The position numbers and the translations under genes were made by a program. DNA of 64,000 nucleotides from NCBI GenBank assembly GCA_007118565.1, contig SKRI01000097.1:10412-74411 (forward strand). The letters are read 5' to 3'. Shown piece by piece: positions 8,610 through 18,166 of this stretch. Every line of letters starts with the position of its first letter. Within the stretch, counting starts at the first letter, position 1. Source of the DNA: Gemmatimonadota bacterium. GTDB taxonomy: Bacteria; Gemmatimonadota; Gemmatimonadetes; Longimicrobiales; Longimicrobiaceae. The notes beneath the pieces are model-generated. The model saw nothing but the letters and a program-made list of their open reading frames with translations, ran no database searches and was not told the DNA's origin.

Positions 8610-10706
8610 CTACTCCTCCGACTTCATCTCGGCGAGGGCGGCGCGCCGGGAAAGGCGCAGGCGACCCTTCTCATCGATCGAGAGAAGCTTCACATGGGTT
8701 ACTTCGCCCTTTTTGAGGACGTCCTCCGTGTTCTCCACCCGGCCCTCCTCCAGCTCGGAGATATGGCACAGCCCCTCGGTTCCGGGCATGATCTCGACGA
8801 AGGCGCCGAACGGCATGATGTTCTTGACGATCCCCTCGTAGACGCGGCCGACCTCCGGCTCCTCTGTGAGCGCCTGGATCATCTTCTTGGCCCGCTCCCC
8901 GGCATCTCCACCCACCGCGGAGATCTGGACCGTCCCGTCGTCCTCCACGTTGATGTTGGCGCCTGTGGCCTCCTGGATTCCGCGGATCGTCTTCCCCTTC
9001 GGGCCAATGATCTCGCCGATCTTGCTCGGGTTCACCTTGATGGTGATGATCCGAGGCGCATGGGCCGAAAGCTCCTCGCGGGGCGCGGCGAGCCCCTTGG
9101 CCATCTCGTCCAGGATGTGCAGCCGGGCCCGGTTGGCGCGGGAAAGCGCGTCCTTCAAGAGTCCCAGATCGAGACCCTCGACCTTGATGTCCATCTGGAT
9201 GGCGGTCACGCCGTCCCGCGTCCCCGCGATCTTGAAGTCCATGTCGCCGAGCGCATCCTCGAGCCCTAGGATGTCGGTCAGGACCGCCGTCTTGTCCCCC
9301 TCCTTGATGAGCCCCATGGCCACTCCGGCCACGGCGTTCTTGAGCGGGACGCCGGCGTCCATCATCGAGAGCGATCCGGCGCAGACCGTGGCCATGGACG
9401 AGGAACCGTTCGACTCCAGCACGTCCGAGACGATACGGATCGTGTAGGGGAACTCGTCATAGGGCGGAAGGAGCGGCTCCAACGCGCGCTCCGCGAGATC
9501 ACCGTGACCCACCTCGCGGCGGCTGACGCCACGGATCGGCTTCGCCTCGCCGGTGCAGAAGGGCGGGAAGTTGTAGTGGAGCATGAAGGACTTCGACTGC
9601 TGCTCCGGGAAGTCGACGGTGTCCATCCGCTGCTCGTCCGCCTGGGTTCCCAGCGTCACCACGCCGAGCGCCTGCGTCTGCCCGCGGGTAAAGAGGGCAG
9701 AGCCGTGGGTGCGCGGGAGAATCCCCGTCTCCACGCTGATGGCCCGGACATCGTCCAGCCCCCGACCGTCGCTCCGAATCCCTTCCTCCAGGATGCGGCG
9801 GCGCATCTCCTTCTTCTCGATCTCGCGGATGACCGGCGAGACGTCGCGCTCCGAGTCCATGTACTCCTCGGCCAGCTGCGTGCTGACCTCGGCGCGGATC
9901 TCGTCCATCGCGGTGTTGCGCTCGGCCTTGTCGCCGATCTTGAGCGCCTTCCGGATCCGGTCGGTAGCCGCGTGCTTCACCTTCTCACGGAACGACTCTT
10001 CCACACCCTGGGGTTCCCAGGTCATCGTCTCAGGGATCTCGAGCTGGTCGAGGAGCTGCTTCTGGATACCGATCAGCTCCTTGATTCCCTCGTGCGCCAC
10101 GGCGAGTCCTTCCGCAAGCTCGTCCTCCGCCACCTCGAGGGCGCGCCCCTCCACCATGGTGATGGCGCTCTCCGATCCGGCGACGATGATGTCGAGGTCG
10201 GAGTAGTCGAGCTGCTGGAAGGTGGGGTTCAGGACCCACTGATCCTGGATCCGCCCGATGCGAACCGCCGCGACCTTCTCCTGGAAGGGGATGCGGCTCA
10301 TGTTGAGCGCCAGGGAAGCGCCCGTCATGGCGACCACGTCGGCATCGTTCTCCTGGTCGGCGGAGATGACGTAGACGATCACCTGTGTCTCGTTCATGAA
10401 GCCGTCCGGAAAGAGCGGACGGATGGGCCGGTCGATCTGCCGCGCGGACAGGATCTCCTTGTCGGACGGGCGCCCCTCGCGCTTGATGAAGCCGCCGGGG
10501 ATCTTGCCGGCCGCGTACGTCCGCTCCCGGTACTCCACCGTAAGGGGGAAGAACGGGAGATGCGTGGGGCGGTTCTGCGAGACGGCCGTGACCAGGACGG
10601 TGGTCTCGCCGAACTGGACGGTGCAGGACCCGTCCGCCTGCCGGGCCATCTTGCCCGACTCGATGATCAGCGGACGTCCTGCGAACGTGCTCTCTACTCG
10701 TGCCAT
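8610..10706 (-). CDS. pnp: polyribonucleotide nucleotidyltransferase (PNPase)
   Basis: 698 aa with two RNase-PH domains plus KH (IGPKGKTIRGIQE) and S1 (GAFVEIMPGTEGLCHISE) domains. It lies downstream of rpsO. Confidence 0.97.
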   Translation of the reverse strand: MARVESTFAGRPLIIESGKMARQADGSCTVQFGETTVLVTAVSQNRPTHLPFFPLTVEYRERTYAAGKIPGGFIKREGRPSDKEILSARQIDRPIRPLFPDGFMNETQVIVYVISADQENDADVVAMTGASLALNMSRIPFQEKVAAVRIGRIQDQWVLNPTFQQLDYSDLDIIVAGSESAITMVEGRALEVAEDELAEGLAVAHEGIKELIGIQKQLLDQLEIPETMTWEPQGVEESFREKVKHAATDRIRKALKIGDKAERNTAMDEIRAEVSTQLAEEYMDSERDVSPVIREIEKKEMRRRILEEGIRSDGRGLDDVRAISVETGILPRTHGSALFTRGQTQALGVVTLGTQADEQRMDTVDFPEQQSKSFMLHYNFPPFCTGEAKPIRGVSRREVGHGDLAERALEPLLPPYDEFPYTIRIVSDVLESNGSSSMATVCAGSLSMMDAGVPLKNAVAGVAMGLIKEGDKTAVLTDILGLEDALGDMDFKIAGTRDGVTAIQMDIKVEGLDLGLLKDALSRANRARLHILDEMAKGLAAPREELSAHAPRIITIKVNPSKIGEIIGPKGKTIRGIQEATGANINVEDDGTVQISAVGGDAGERAKKMIQALTEEPEVGRVYEGIVKNIMPFGAFVEIMPGTEGLCHISELEEGRVENTEDVLKKGEVTHVKLLSIDEKGRLRLSRRAALAEMKSEE

Positions 10707-10780
10707 TTGGATTGGTATCGAAGCGACGAGAGCCTCTTTCGTCCAGCGCCCGTCAGGTGTATGAAGCGGTTTCTCGGAGA

Positions 10781-10819
10781 TGAGAAAAGCGGGTGTCGGG
10801 CATGGGGCCCGACACCCGC
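10781..10819 (-). terminator. rpsO terminator / pnp-leader hairpin (13-bp stem + UUUUCUCA)
   Basis: GCGGGTGTCGGGC-N5-GCCCGACACCCGC is a perfect inverted repeat. On the minus strand it is followed by TTTTCTCA, 8 nt after the rpsO stop. Confidence 0.65.
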
Positions 10820-10826
10820 GGAGAGT

Positions 10827-11087
10827 CTAGCGCCGGATGCCCAGATCAGCGATGAGGGACCGGTATCCTTCCAGGTTCTTCTTGCGGATGTAGTCCAGCA
10901 GACGGCGCCGCTGTCCCACCATCTTCAGGAGACCGCGCCGCGAGTGGTGATCCTTCTTGTGCTCCCGCAGGTGCTCGGTGAGGTGGCGGATCCTCGCTGT
11001 CAGGATTGCAACCTGGACCGGAGCGGATCCACGATCCGTCTCGTGGGCGCGGTGCTTTTCGATAATGGGCTCTCGCTCAACCGTCAT
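10827..11087 (-). CDS. rpsO: 30S ribosomal protein S15
   Basis: [66 protein letters not shown]. The start was trimmed to the internal ATG, giving 86 aa. Confidence 0.95.
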   Translation of the reverse strand: MTVEREPIIEKHRAHETDRGSAPVQVAILTARIRHLTEHLREHKKDHHSRRGLLKMVGQRRRLLDYIRKKNLEGYRSLIADLGIRR

Positions 11088-11192
11088 CTGGCTCGTTTCC
11101 CTTCGGTGATGGTACCGCACTGGCCCGCAGGCCTGATCGTAGCGAACAATAAGCTGAATATCTTAACAAGATCCCCGTTCGGGCACAACCCG

Positions 11193-12146
11193 TCAGAACG
11201 CTCCCAGCGCCGCTCGTCCCGCCTCCTCGTCCCGCCGGAGCTGCGCGACCAGCTCCTCTGGCGAGCCGAACGGCTGGATGCCCCGGAGGCGGGCGTGGAA
11301 GTCGACGCGCACCTCCACTCCGTAGAGATCCTCGTCGAAGTCGAGCAGGTGCAGCTCGACCGTGGGGTGCGAGCCGCCGAACGTCGGCCGGGGACCAAGG
11401 TGGAGGAGACCCGGCAGGCACCGGCCGCGCACCCAGCCGTGGACGGCGTAGACCCCCTCCTGTGGAAGCAGCTTATCGGCATCCGTGAGTGCGATGTTGG
11501 CCGTGGGAAACCCGAGCTGCCGCCCCCGCTCCATCCCGTGAACCACCGGTCCCCGCAGTGAGTAAGGACGCCCGAGCCCCCGAGCCGCCGAGACGACGTC
11601 GCCCCCCTGGAGGGAACGCCGGATCCGGGTGGATGATACCGCATCCTCCCCCATCCGCACCGGACCCACCACGTCCACGGCGAACCCCAGCTCTCGCGCC
11701 AGCCCCCGCATCGTCTCCACCCCTCCCTCGCGGTCGCGCCCGAAGCCGTGGTCGTACCCCATCACCAGCTCCCGCATCCGCATCCGACCGATCAGGATCT
11801 CCTCCACGAACCGGCGCGCCGGATACCGCTTGAGGACGCGGGTGAAGGGGATGAAGGCGGCGTAGTCGAGCCCGCTTTCAGCCAGGAACTCGGTCTTCTC
11901 GGCGGCGGTGGTGAGGAGGGGCGGCGCCACCTCCGGCCGGATGATCCGCAAGGGGTGCGGGTGGAAGGTGACGAGGACGCTCCGGCGCCCCGTTTCCCGG
12001 GCTCTTTTCACAATTTCGCGAAGGACCTTGCGGTGCCCACGGTGCACGCCGTCGAACATCCCCACCGTGACGACCGATCCGGCCTCGTCGTCCGGTATGG
12101 GCGCCGGACGCTCGAGGTCGATGGCCGCCTCATCCGGACCGCTCAC
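11193..12146 (-). CDS. ribF: bifunctional riboflavin kinase / FAD synthetase
   Basis: The FDGVHRGHRKVL nucleotidyltransferase motif and a C-terminal riboflavin kinase domain (GFPTANI). The GTG at 12146 forms a GTGA overlap with the truB stop. The ORF-track start is 12173. Confidence 0.9.
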   Translation of the reverse strand: MSGPDEAAIDLERPAPIPDDEAGSVVTVGMFDGVHRGHRKVLREIVKRARETGRRSVLVTFHPHPLRIIRPEVAPPLLTTAAEKTEFLAESGLDYAAFIPFTRVLKRYPARRFVEEILIGRMRMRELVMGYDHGFGRDREGGVETMRGLARELGFAVDVVGPVRMGEDAVSSTRIRRSLQGGDVVSAARGLGRPYSLRGPVVHGMERGRQLGFPTANIALTDADKLLPQEGVYAVHGWVRGRCLPGLLHLGPRPTFGGSHPTVELHLLDFDEDLYGVEVRVDFHARLRGIQPFGSPEELVAQLRRDEEAGRAALGAF

Positions 12147-13015
12147 CCGATCACCTTCCGCGGCTGGAGCCATCCGTCCCGGTGCTCGGCGATCGCGACC
12201 AGCGTCCCCTCGGGGGCCAGCAGGGAGATGGGCTCCGGCCCTGTGGGCGCATCGGAAGCGAGGATTCTCCGGCCATTGCGGACGGCCTCCACCTGCTCCA
12301 CCGTGAGTCCGACCGCCGGGAGGTGCCGGAGCGCCCGCGCCGGAGAGAGCATGGCACGCTCGATGGCATCCCGATCGACATCTCCCTCCAAAGAGACGGC
12401 ATCCGCCACCTCGTGCACACCGATCGCCGTGCGCCGGAGCTCCAGCAGATGCCCGCCCACCCCGAGTACCTCACCCACGTCCCGGGCGATGGCGCGGATG
12501 TACGTCCCGCTGCCACAGGAGACCTCGAAGACCACCTCCGGAAGCTCCATCTCCCGGATCTGGATGTCGTGGATGGTGACGCGGACGGGGTCGGGCGCGA
12601 CCTCCTGGCCCTCGCGGGCAAGGGCGTGGGCGCGCTTGCCGGAGATCTTCTTGGCGGAGTAGATCGGCGGACGCTGGGAGATGGTGCCCACCTGAGCCGC
12701 GAGCGCTTGGCGAACCCGGTCCGGATCGAGACGGGTGGTATCATGGGTGGCGATGACGGCGCCGGTGCGGTCATCGGTATCGGTGACCTCGCCCAGCCGC
12801 ATGCGCGCCAGGTAACGCTTCGGAAGGCCGGTAAGGTATTCTGACAGCCGGGTGGAGGGACCGACGCAGAGGAGGAGGAGGCCGGTCGCGAAAGGGTCCA
12901 GCGTTCCAGTATGCCCGATCCGGCGCGTGCCGAGGATCCCGCGGGCCCGGGCAACCATGTCGTGTGAGGTCGGCCCCTCCGGCTTGTCCACCGGCAGGAC
13001 CCCGCCCTCGCTCAT
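12143..13015 (-). CDS. truB: tRNA pseudouridine(55) synthase
   Basis: GHTGTLDPFATGLL catalytic-Asp motif. ATGA overlap with the rbfA stop. Confidence 0.95.
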   Translation of the reverse strand: MSEGGVLPVDKPEGPTSHDMVARARGILGTRRIGHTGTLDPFATGLLLLCVGPSTRLSEYLTGLPKRYLARMRLGEVTDTDDRTGAVIATHDTTRLDPDRVRQALAAQVGTISQRPPIYSAKKISGKRAHALAREGQEVAPDPVRVTIHDIQIREMELPEVVFEVSCGSGTYIRAIARDVGEVLGVGGHLLELRRTAIGVHEVADAVSLEGDVDRDAIERAMLSPARALRHLPAVGLTVEQVEAVRNGRRILASDAPTGPEPISLLAPEGTLVAIAEHRDGWLQPRKVIG

Positions 13016-13380
13016 TCTTTCTCTCCGTCCTCCTCGGGAGGCGGGGACACCTCGCGGAGAAGCCTCTCGATGCGCTGCGCGCCCTCGAGCTGATGGTCGA
13101 CCTCGAAGCGGAGTTCCGGAACCCGACGCAGCGTCAGCTTGCGGCTGAGCGTACGGCGGATGAAGGGCGCGGCGCTGATCAGCCCGGCCACCGCCTCCTC
13201 CTTCTCTTCGTCATCTCCCAGCGCGGTCACGAAGACGCGCGCCGAATCCAGCTCGGGCGAGGCCTTGACGGCGGTGATGGTGGCTCCCGCGACCCGAGGG
13301 TCGGCGAGCTCTCCCCGAAGGAGGAGGGAGATCTCCTGCTTGAGGAGCTCATTGATGCGGTCCACGCGGCGATAGCTCAT
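13012..13380 (-). CDS. rbfA: ribosome-binding factor A
   Basis: 122 aa beginning RVDRINELLKQEISLLL, positioned between infB and truB. Confidence 0.9.
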   Translation of the reverse strand: MSYRRVDRINELLKQEISLLLRGELADPRVAGATITAVKASPELDSARVFVTALGDDEEKEEAVAGLISAAPFIRRTLSRKLTLRRVPELRFEVDHQLEGAQRIERLLREVSPPPEEDGEKE

Positions 13381-13426
13381 AAACGATCGGGAAACGGCCG
13401 GAAGGGAAACTTCCGGCCGCGCTCCC

Positions 13427-16150
13427 CTATCCCTCCGCGGCGCCGCTCAGGGTTCGCGCGATCTCTTCCACGCGGTAGCACTCGATGGTGTCGCCGACCT
13501 TCACATCGTTGAAGTTGGCGATGTTGAGGCCGCACTCGAAGCCCTCGCGGACTTCTCGGACGTCGTCCTTGAAGCGCTTCAGGCTCCCGAGCTCGCCCTC
13601 GTAGATCTGGACGCCTTCGCGGATGAGGCGCACCTTGCCCCGTCGGACGATCTCCCCTTCCGTGACCATGCAGCCGGCCACCGTTCCCACCCGGGGAACC
13701 TTGAAGATCTGCCGGACCTCGGCCGCGCCGAGCAGGACCTCGCGCTCCTCCGGCGACAGCATGCCCTCCATGGCCGCCCGGACCTCCTCGACCGCCTCGT
13801 AGATGATGTTGTAGAGGCGGATGTCGACACCCTCGCGCTCGGCCACCTGTCGCGCCTCGGCCGTGGGCCGCACGTGGAAGCCGAGCACGATGGCTCCCGA
13901 CGTCGAGGCGAGCAGGACGTCGGACTCGTTGATCGCCCCGACGGCCCGGTGGACCACCTGCACCTGCACCTCATCCGTGGCCAGCTGCTCCAGCGAATCG
14001 GAGAGAGCCTGGACCGAGCCGTCCACATCGCCCTTGATGACGAGGTTGAGCGGCGCGGTCTCGCCCCGGGCGAGCATCTTCGAAATGTCGGTGAGCGCGA
14101 CGCCGCGGCTCTTGATCCGCATCCGCTTCTCCCGGTCGAGCCGCTGGCGGTGCTGCGAGATCTCCGCGGCCCGGTCGGCCGCCATGCTGCGCAGCTGGTC
14201 CCCCGCCTGGGGAACGCCGCCCAGACCCAGGACCTGCACCGGGATGGACGGACCGGCCTCGTCCACGATCTTCCCCCGCTCGTCGAGCAGGGCGCGGATC
14301 CGGCCGCTGTGCAGGCCGCAGACCGCGTGATCGCCCACCCGGAGGGTCCCGTTGGTGACGAGCACCGTGGCGACAGGCCCCTTCCCCACATCGAGCCGGG
14401 ACTCCACCACCACGCCGACCGCGTCGCGCTCCGGGTTCGCCTTGAGCTCGAGGATCTCGGCCTGCAGCAGCACCTTGTCGAGGAGCTCGTCCATCCCCTC
14501 CCCGGTGATGGCCGACACCTCGGCGGAGAGGACATCTCCCCCGAACTCCTCCAGCACGACCTCGTGCTGCAGGAGATCCTGCTTGACCCGCATCGGGTTG
14601 GAGTCGGGGAGATCGACCTTGTTGACCGCCACGACGATCGGCACGCCGGCGTTCTTGGCGTGGCTGATGGCCTCCTTCGTCTGTGGCATGACGGAGTCGT
14701 CCGCCGCCACCACCAGGATCACGACGTCGGTCACCTCCGCGCCGCGCGCACGCATCGCCGTGAAGGCGGCGTGCCCCGGAGTGTCGAGGAAGCTGAGCGA
14801 GCGGTCGTCGTCCAGCTCGACGTGGTAGGCGCCGATGTGCTGGGTAATCCCGCCGGATTCGCCCGCGATCACGTTCGCCTTGCGGATGTAGTCCAGGAGG
14901 GACGTCTTGCCGTGATCGACGTGGCCCATCACCGTGACCACCGGGGGCCGGTTGACCAGATCCTCCGGCCGGTCCTCGGCCACCTCCACGGACTCCTTCT
15001 CGTCGAGCTCCTCCTCACGTGCGGCCTCGAAGCCGAACTCCTCGAGGAGGAGCTCGATCTGGTCGAAGTCGAGGCGCTGGTTGATGGTGACCATCAACCC
15101 GAGGTTCTTGAATGCAGAGGAGATGATCTCCGAGGGGGAGACGTCCATGAGCTCCGCGAGCTCGGAGACGGTCAGGAACTCCGCCACGCGGATCGTCCGG
15201 GCCTCCTCCTCCCGCTGTCGCTGCTTCTCCTCCTGACGCTCCTCCTGAACCGCTGCGCGCTCCTCCCTGCTCGCCTTCCGCTTGCTGCGGCGGCCACCGC
15301 CACCTCCGGAGCCCATGGCTGCCATGGTCTTCCGGATGTTCTGCTCGACTGCATCCTGATCGACGCGCGAACGCCGCTTCTTTCTCCCCTTCTTGTCCTT
15401 GTCCGCGCGCTTGCGTCGCCCGTCGGGGGTGAAGCCCTGCGCCTGAACCCGCACGCGGCCACCCTCTTCGGGGACGCCGCGGCGAACCGGCATCGGTGCC
15501 TCCGGACGCGCCGGCGGGCCGGACGGCTTCTCCGACGCCGCGGGTGTCGGACGTTCCTTGGCGCGGGCGGGGGGCGGCCGCTTCAGAACGCGGCGCGGCT
15601 TCTCCGCCTTCTCTTCCTCCTCGGGCTCGACTTCCGCGGCCACCTTCTCTTCCGGCTCGGCCTCGGCGACCTCGTCGGCCTCCTCGGCTTCGGCCACGGG
15701 CTCGGCGACCTCGGGCTCCGGCTCGGGCTTCGCCTCCTCCGCGATAGCCTCGGCTTCCGCGGCGACGTCCTTTCCTTCCGCCTCCGCCTCCTCTGCCGCC
15801 TCGGCCGCGATGGTGTCAGCGGCATCCGCCACGGGTGAAGCAGTCTCCGGGGCCTCCTCGTCCGCGACCTCCGCCTCGGCAACCTCGGGCTCCGGCTCCG
15901 CCCGCCGCCGGCGACGACGGGTACGGGGAGCGGAGGAGGCCTGATCCTCGATGGCGGCCTTCAGCGCATCCTCGTTGGTCGCGCGGCCCTGCCGCCGCTC
16001 CCTCTCGAGGAGTGTCCGGACCTTGGCGACGTGCTTTTCCTCGACTCCCGAGGAGTGGCTGCGCACAGGGACCCCCATCTCCCGAAAGAGATGTACGAGG
16101 TCCCCGGACGGGACGCTCAGCTCCTTTGCCACTTCATAAACACGTATCAC
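13427..16150 (-). CDS. infB: translation initiation factor IF-2
   Basis: 907 aa with N-terminal MIRVYEVAKEL, a long acidic/basic low-complexity linker and the G-domain motifs GHVDHGKTSLLD, DTPGH and NKVD. Confidence 0.97.
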   Translation of the reverse strand: MIRVYEVAKELSVPSGDLVHLFREMGVPVRSHSSGVEEKHVAKVRTLLERERRQGRATNEDALKAAIEDQASSAPRTRRRRRRAEPEPEVAEAEVADEEAPETASPVADAADTIAAEAAEEAEAEGKDVAAEAEAIAEEAKPEPEPEVAEPVAEAEEADEVAEAEPEEKVAAEVEPEEEEKAEKPRRVLKRPPPARAKERPTPAASEKPSGPPARPEAPMPVRRGVPEEGGRVRVQAQGFTPDGRRKRADKDKKGRKKRRSRVDQDAVEQNIRKTMAAMGSGGGGGRRSKRKASREERAAVQEERQEEKQRQREEEARTIRVAEFLTVSELAELMDVSPSEIISSAFKNLGLMVTINQRLDFDQIELLLEEFGFEAAREEELDEKESVEVAEDRPEDLVNRPPVVTVMGHVDHGKTSLLDYIRKANVIAGESGGITQHIGAYHVELDDDRSLSFLDTPGHAAFTAMRARGAEVTDVVILVVAADDSVMPQTKEAISHAKNAGVPIVVAVNKVDLPDSNPMRVKQDLLQHEVVLEEFGGDVLSAEVSAITGEGMDELLDKVLLQAEILELKANPERDAVGVVVESRLDVGKGPVATVLVTNGTLRVGDHAVCGLHSGRIRALLDERGKIVDEAGPSIPVQVLGLGGVPQAGDQLRSMAADRAAEISQHRQRLDREKRMRIKSRGVALTDISKMLARGETAPLNLVIKGDVDGSVQALSDSLEQLATDEVQVQVVHRAVGAINESDVLLASTSGAIVLGFHVRPTAEARQVAEREGVDIRLYNIIYEAVEEVRAAMEGMLSPEEREVLLGAAEVRQIFKVPRVGTVAGCMVTEGEIVRRGKVRLIREGVQIYEGELGSLKRFKDDVREVREGFECGLNIANFNDVKVGDTIECYRVEEIARTLSGAAEG

Positions 16151-16254
16151 GTACAGCTTCCTCCTGTGCCTCAGTCCTGAGGGTTGTTTCAGACGACGAC
16201 GCTTTCACCCATCCCTGCCATACACGGCAGGAGTCGGCAGCGTGCCGGTCCATC

Positions 16255-16569
16255 CTAGTCGAGCAGCTCGCGGATCCGACTGGCCAGTCCGTTCTCGGTG
16301 ACCAGCAGGGCGGTGACCGGAGCCCGCCCCACCGACCCGCCAAGCTCACTTCGCGTGAAGCGGATCTGGTACGGAATCCGGCGCGCCTCCAGCAGCGGCA
16401 GCAGCTTCCGCTGCTGCGTAGGAGACGCGTCGGCCGCCACCACGACGAAGCCGGTCTCCGACGCCCGTATCGCGTTCCGGACGGATTCGGTGCCGGTGAT
16501 CACTGCGCCGGCACGCCGCGCCATGCCGAGCATGGAGAGCGCACGGTCCGGGGATGATCCGTCTACCAC
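16255..16569 (-). CDS. L7Ae-family RNA-binding protein (YlxQ-like)
   Basis: LSMLGMARRAGAVITGTESVRNAIR...FVVVAADASPTQQRKL...LLVTENGLASRIRELLD matches the YlxQ pattern, and the gene sits between nusA and infB. The start is uncertain (GTG 16569 or ATG 16533). The ORF-track start at 16665 would overlap nusA. Confidence 0.75.
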   Translation of the reverse strand: MVDGSSPDRALSMLGMARRAGAVITGTESVRNAIRASETGFVVVAADASPTQQRKLLPLLEARRIPYQIRFTRSELGGSVGRAPVTALLVTENGLASRIRELLD

Positions 16570-16630
16570 GGGAACCGGTGGGGGATGAGTTCCGGCCAAT
16601 AGCGGAAACTCCCCGCCCGCTCCGGCGATG

Positions 16631-18109
16631 TCAAGCCTTCGATTCCGGCTCCGCCTCCTGCTCAACGGCCTCCGTGGTCCCGGTCTCGCTCTCCTCGCTC
16701 TCCTCGCTCTCCTCGCTCTCCTCGCTCTCCTCGCTCTCCTCGCTTTCCGCCTCGACCGGCTCGAGCGCGTCGGATCGGGTTTCCTTCTCGGCGGCCTCGG
16801 CCTCGGCCTCCTCCTCGCTCACCGTGAGCGCGTCAATCAGCTCCAGGACACGGTCCGCCTCTTCCGGTCCGATCGCCGGGATGCGGAGAAGGTCCTCCCG
16901 CTCCAGGTCGAGGACATCGAAGAAGGTCGTGTACCCGGCCGCCTCGAGGGCGGCCAGCGTCGCCGGGGCAAGCTCGAGCTCGCGCAGCGGGAAGTCGCTG
17001 GTCTCGTAGTCCTCCCCCGTGGCCTCGCCTCCGCCGAAGAGGGCGCGCTCAGCTCCCTTCTCCAGCCACTCGCGCGAGCCGTAAAGGTCCACCTGCCAGC
17101 CGATGAGCTGGGAGGCGAGCCGGACGTTCTGGCCATTCCGGCCGATGGCGAGCGAGAGCTGATCCTCGTCCACGATGGCCGTCATCACCCGGTTCTCATA
17201 ATCGGAGATGACCTTGGAGACGCGGGCGGGGGCCAGGGCGCGCTTGGTGAAGACCTCTGGATCGGCGTGCCACGGCACGATGTCGATCCGCTCGCCCCCC
17301 AGCTCCTGCACCACGGCCCGCACGCGCGACCCCTTGAGCCCCACGCAGGCTCCCACGGGATCGATCGACTCGTCGCGGGAAGAGACCGCCACCTTGGTAC
17401 GCCCACCCACCTCGCGGGCGACCGCCCGGATCTCTACCAGCCCCTGATGGATCTCGGGGATCTCGAGGCGGAAAAGGGCCGCCACGAAAAGCGGGTCCGC
17501 CCGCGAGAGGATCAGCTTCGGTCCCTTGGGCGTCTCGTCCACCTTCTTGAGGACGGCCCGGATCGACTCCCCCTGGCGGAAGCGCTCCCGCGGATTCTGA
17601 TCCTTCCACGGGATGATGGCGTCGGCATCACGGCTCCGGTTGAGCATGAGCACCAGCTTCCCACGCTCGACCTGCTGAATTTCCCCGGAGAGGAGCTCGC
17701 CGACCCGATCGTCGTACTCGTCCCGGATCCGCTGGCGCTCCCGCTCGCGGACGAGCTGGAGGATCCGCTGCTTCGCCGCCATGACCGCGTTGCGGCCGAA
17801 CTCGGCGAACTTGACCGGAACCTCCATGATGTCGCCCACCTCGAAGTCCGGATCGTCCCACCGGGCCTCGACCAGCGAGATCTCGCGCGAGGGGTCCTCG
17901 ACGGTCTCGACGACCTCCTTGAGGACGACGATCTCGATGTCACCCGTCTCCTCCGCGATCTCGATCTCCGCCTCGACGTTGAGTCCGAATCGCTTGGCCA
18001 GCGCCGCGCGCATCCCTTCCTTGATGAGCTCGTGCGTCTCCTCGCGGGAGTACGACTTGACCGAGCCGATCTCGCGAAGTGCGGCGAGGATCTGTGTTGC
18101 GTTGCTCAT
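16631..18109 (-). CDS. nusA: transcription termination/antitermination factor NusA with acidic (ESE)n tail
   Basis: MSNATQILAALREI N-terminus followed by S1, two KH domains and one HhH-type acidic repeat domain. The start was trimmed to the ATG at 18109. Confidence 0.95.
   Translation of the reverse strand: MSNATQILAALREIGSVKSYSREETHELIKEGMRAALAKRFGLNVEAEIEIAEETGDIEIVVLKEVVETVEDPSREISLVEARWDDPDFEVGDIMEVPVKFAEFGRNAVMAAKQRILQLVRERERQRIRDEYDDRVGELLSGEIQQVERGKLVLMLNRSRDADAIIPWKDQNPRERFRQGESIRAVLKKVDETPKGPKLILSRADPLFVAALFRLEIPEIHQGLVEIRAVAREVGGRTKVAVSSRDESIDPVGACVGLKGSRVRAVVQELGGERIDIVPWHADPEVFTKRALAPARVSKVISDYENRVMTAIVDEDQLSLAIGRNGQNVRLASQLIGWQVDLYGSREWLEKGAERALFGGGEATGEDYETSDFPLRELELAPATLAALEAAGYTTFFDVLDLEREDLLRIPAIGPEEADRVLELIDALTVSEEEAEAEAAEKETRSDALEPVEAESEESEESEESEESEESEESETGTTEAVEQEAEPESKA
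16686..16748 (-). repeat. 9-bp tandem repeat (TCGCTCTCC x6 perfect + 1 imperfect) inside the nusA 3' end
   Basis: Counted directly from the sequence. It encodes ESEESEESEESEESEESEESE in the NusA tail. Confidence 0.95.
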
Positions 18110-18166
18110 AAACTCACCCGTGCGTGTCAACGAGTCCCGCGGCGTCACGCCGCCGGGTTTCGCGCG

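Noticed and set aside
16534-16665. Upstream part of ORF 16255..16665, considered as either a YlxR/DUF448 gene or a longer YlxQ.
   Set aside because: The sequence upstream of about 16569 overlaps the nusA 3' end and has no YlxR-like CxxC motif. Only the L7Ae-like portion is supported. No ylxR homolog was recognised between nusA and infB.
16686-16748. The 9-bp tandem repeat, considered as an intergenic microsatellite or a CRISPR-like array.
   Set aside because: It lies wholly inside the nusA reading frame and has no spacers. It is a coding VNTR and is reported as such.
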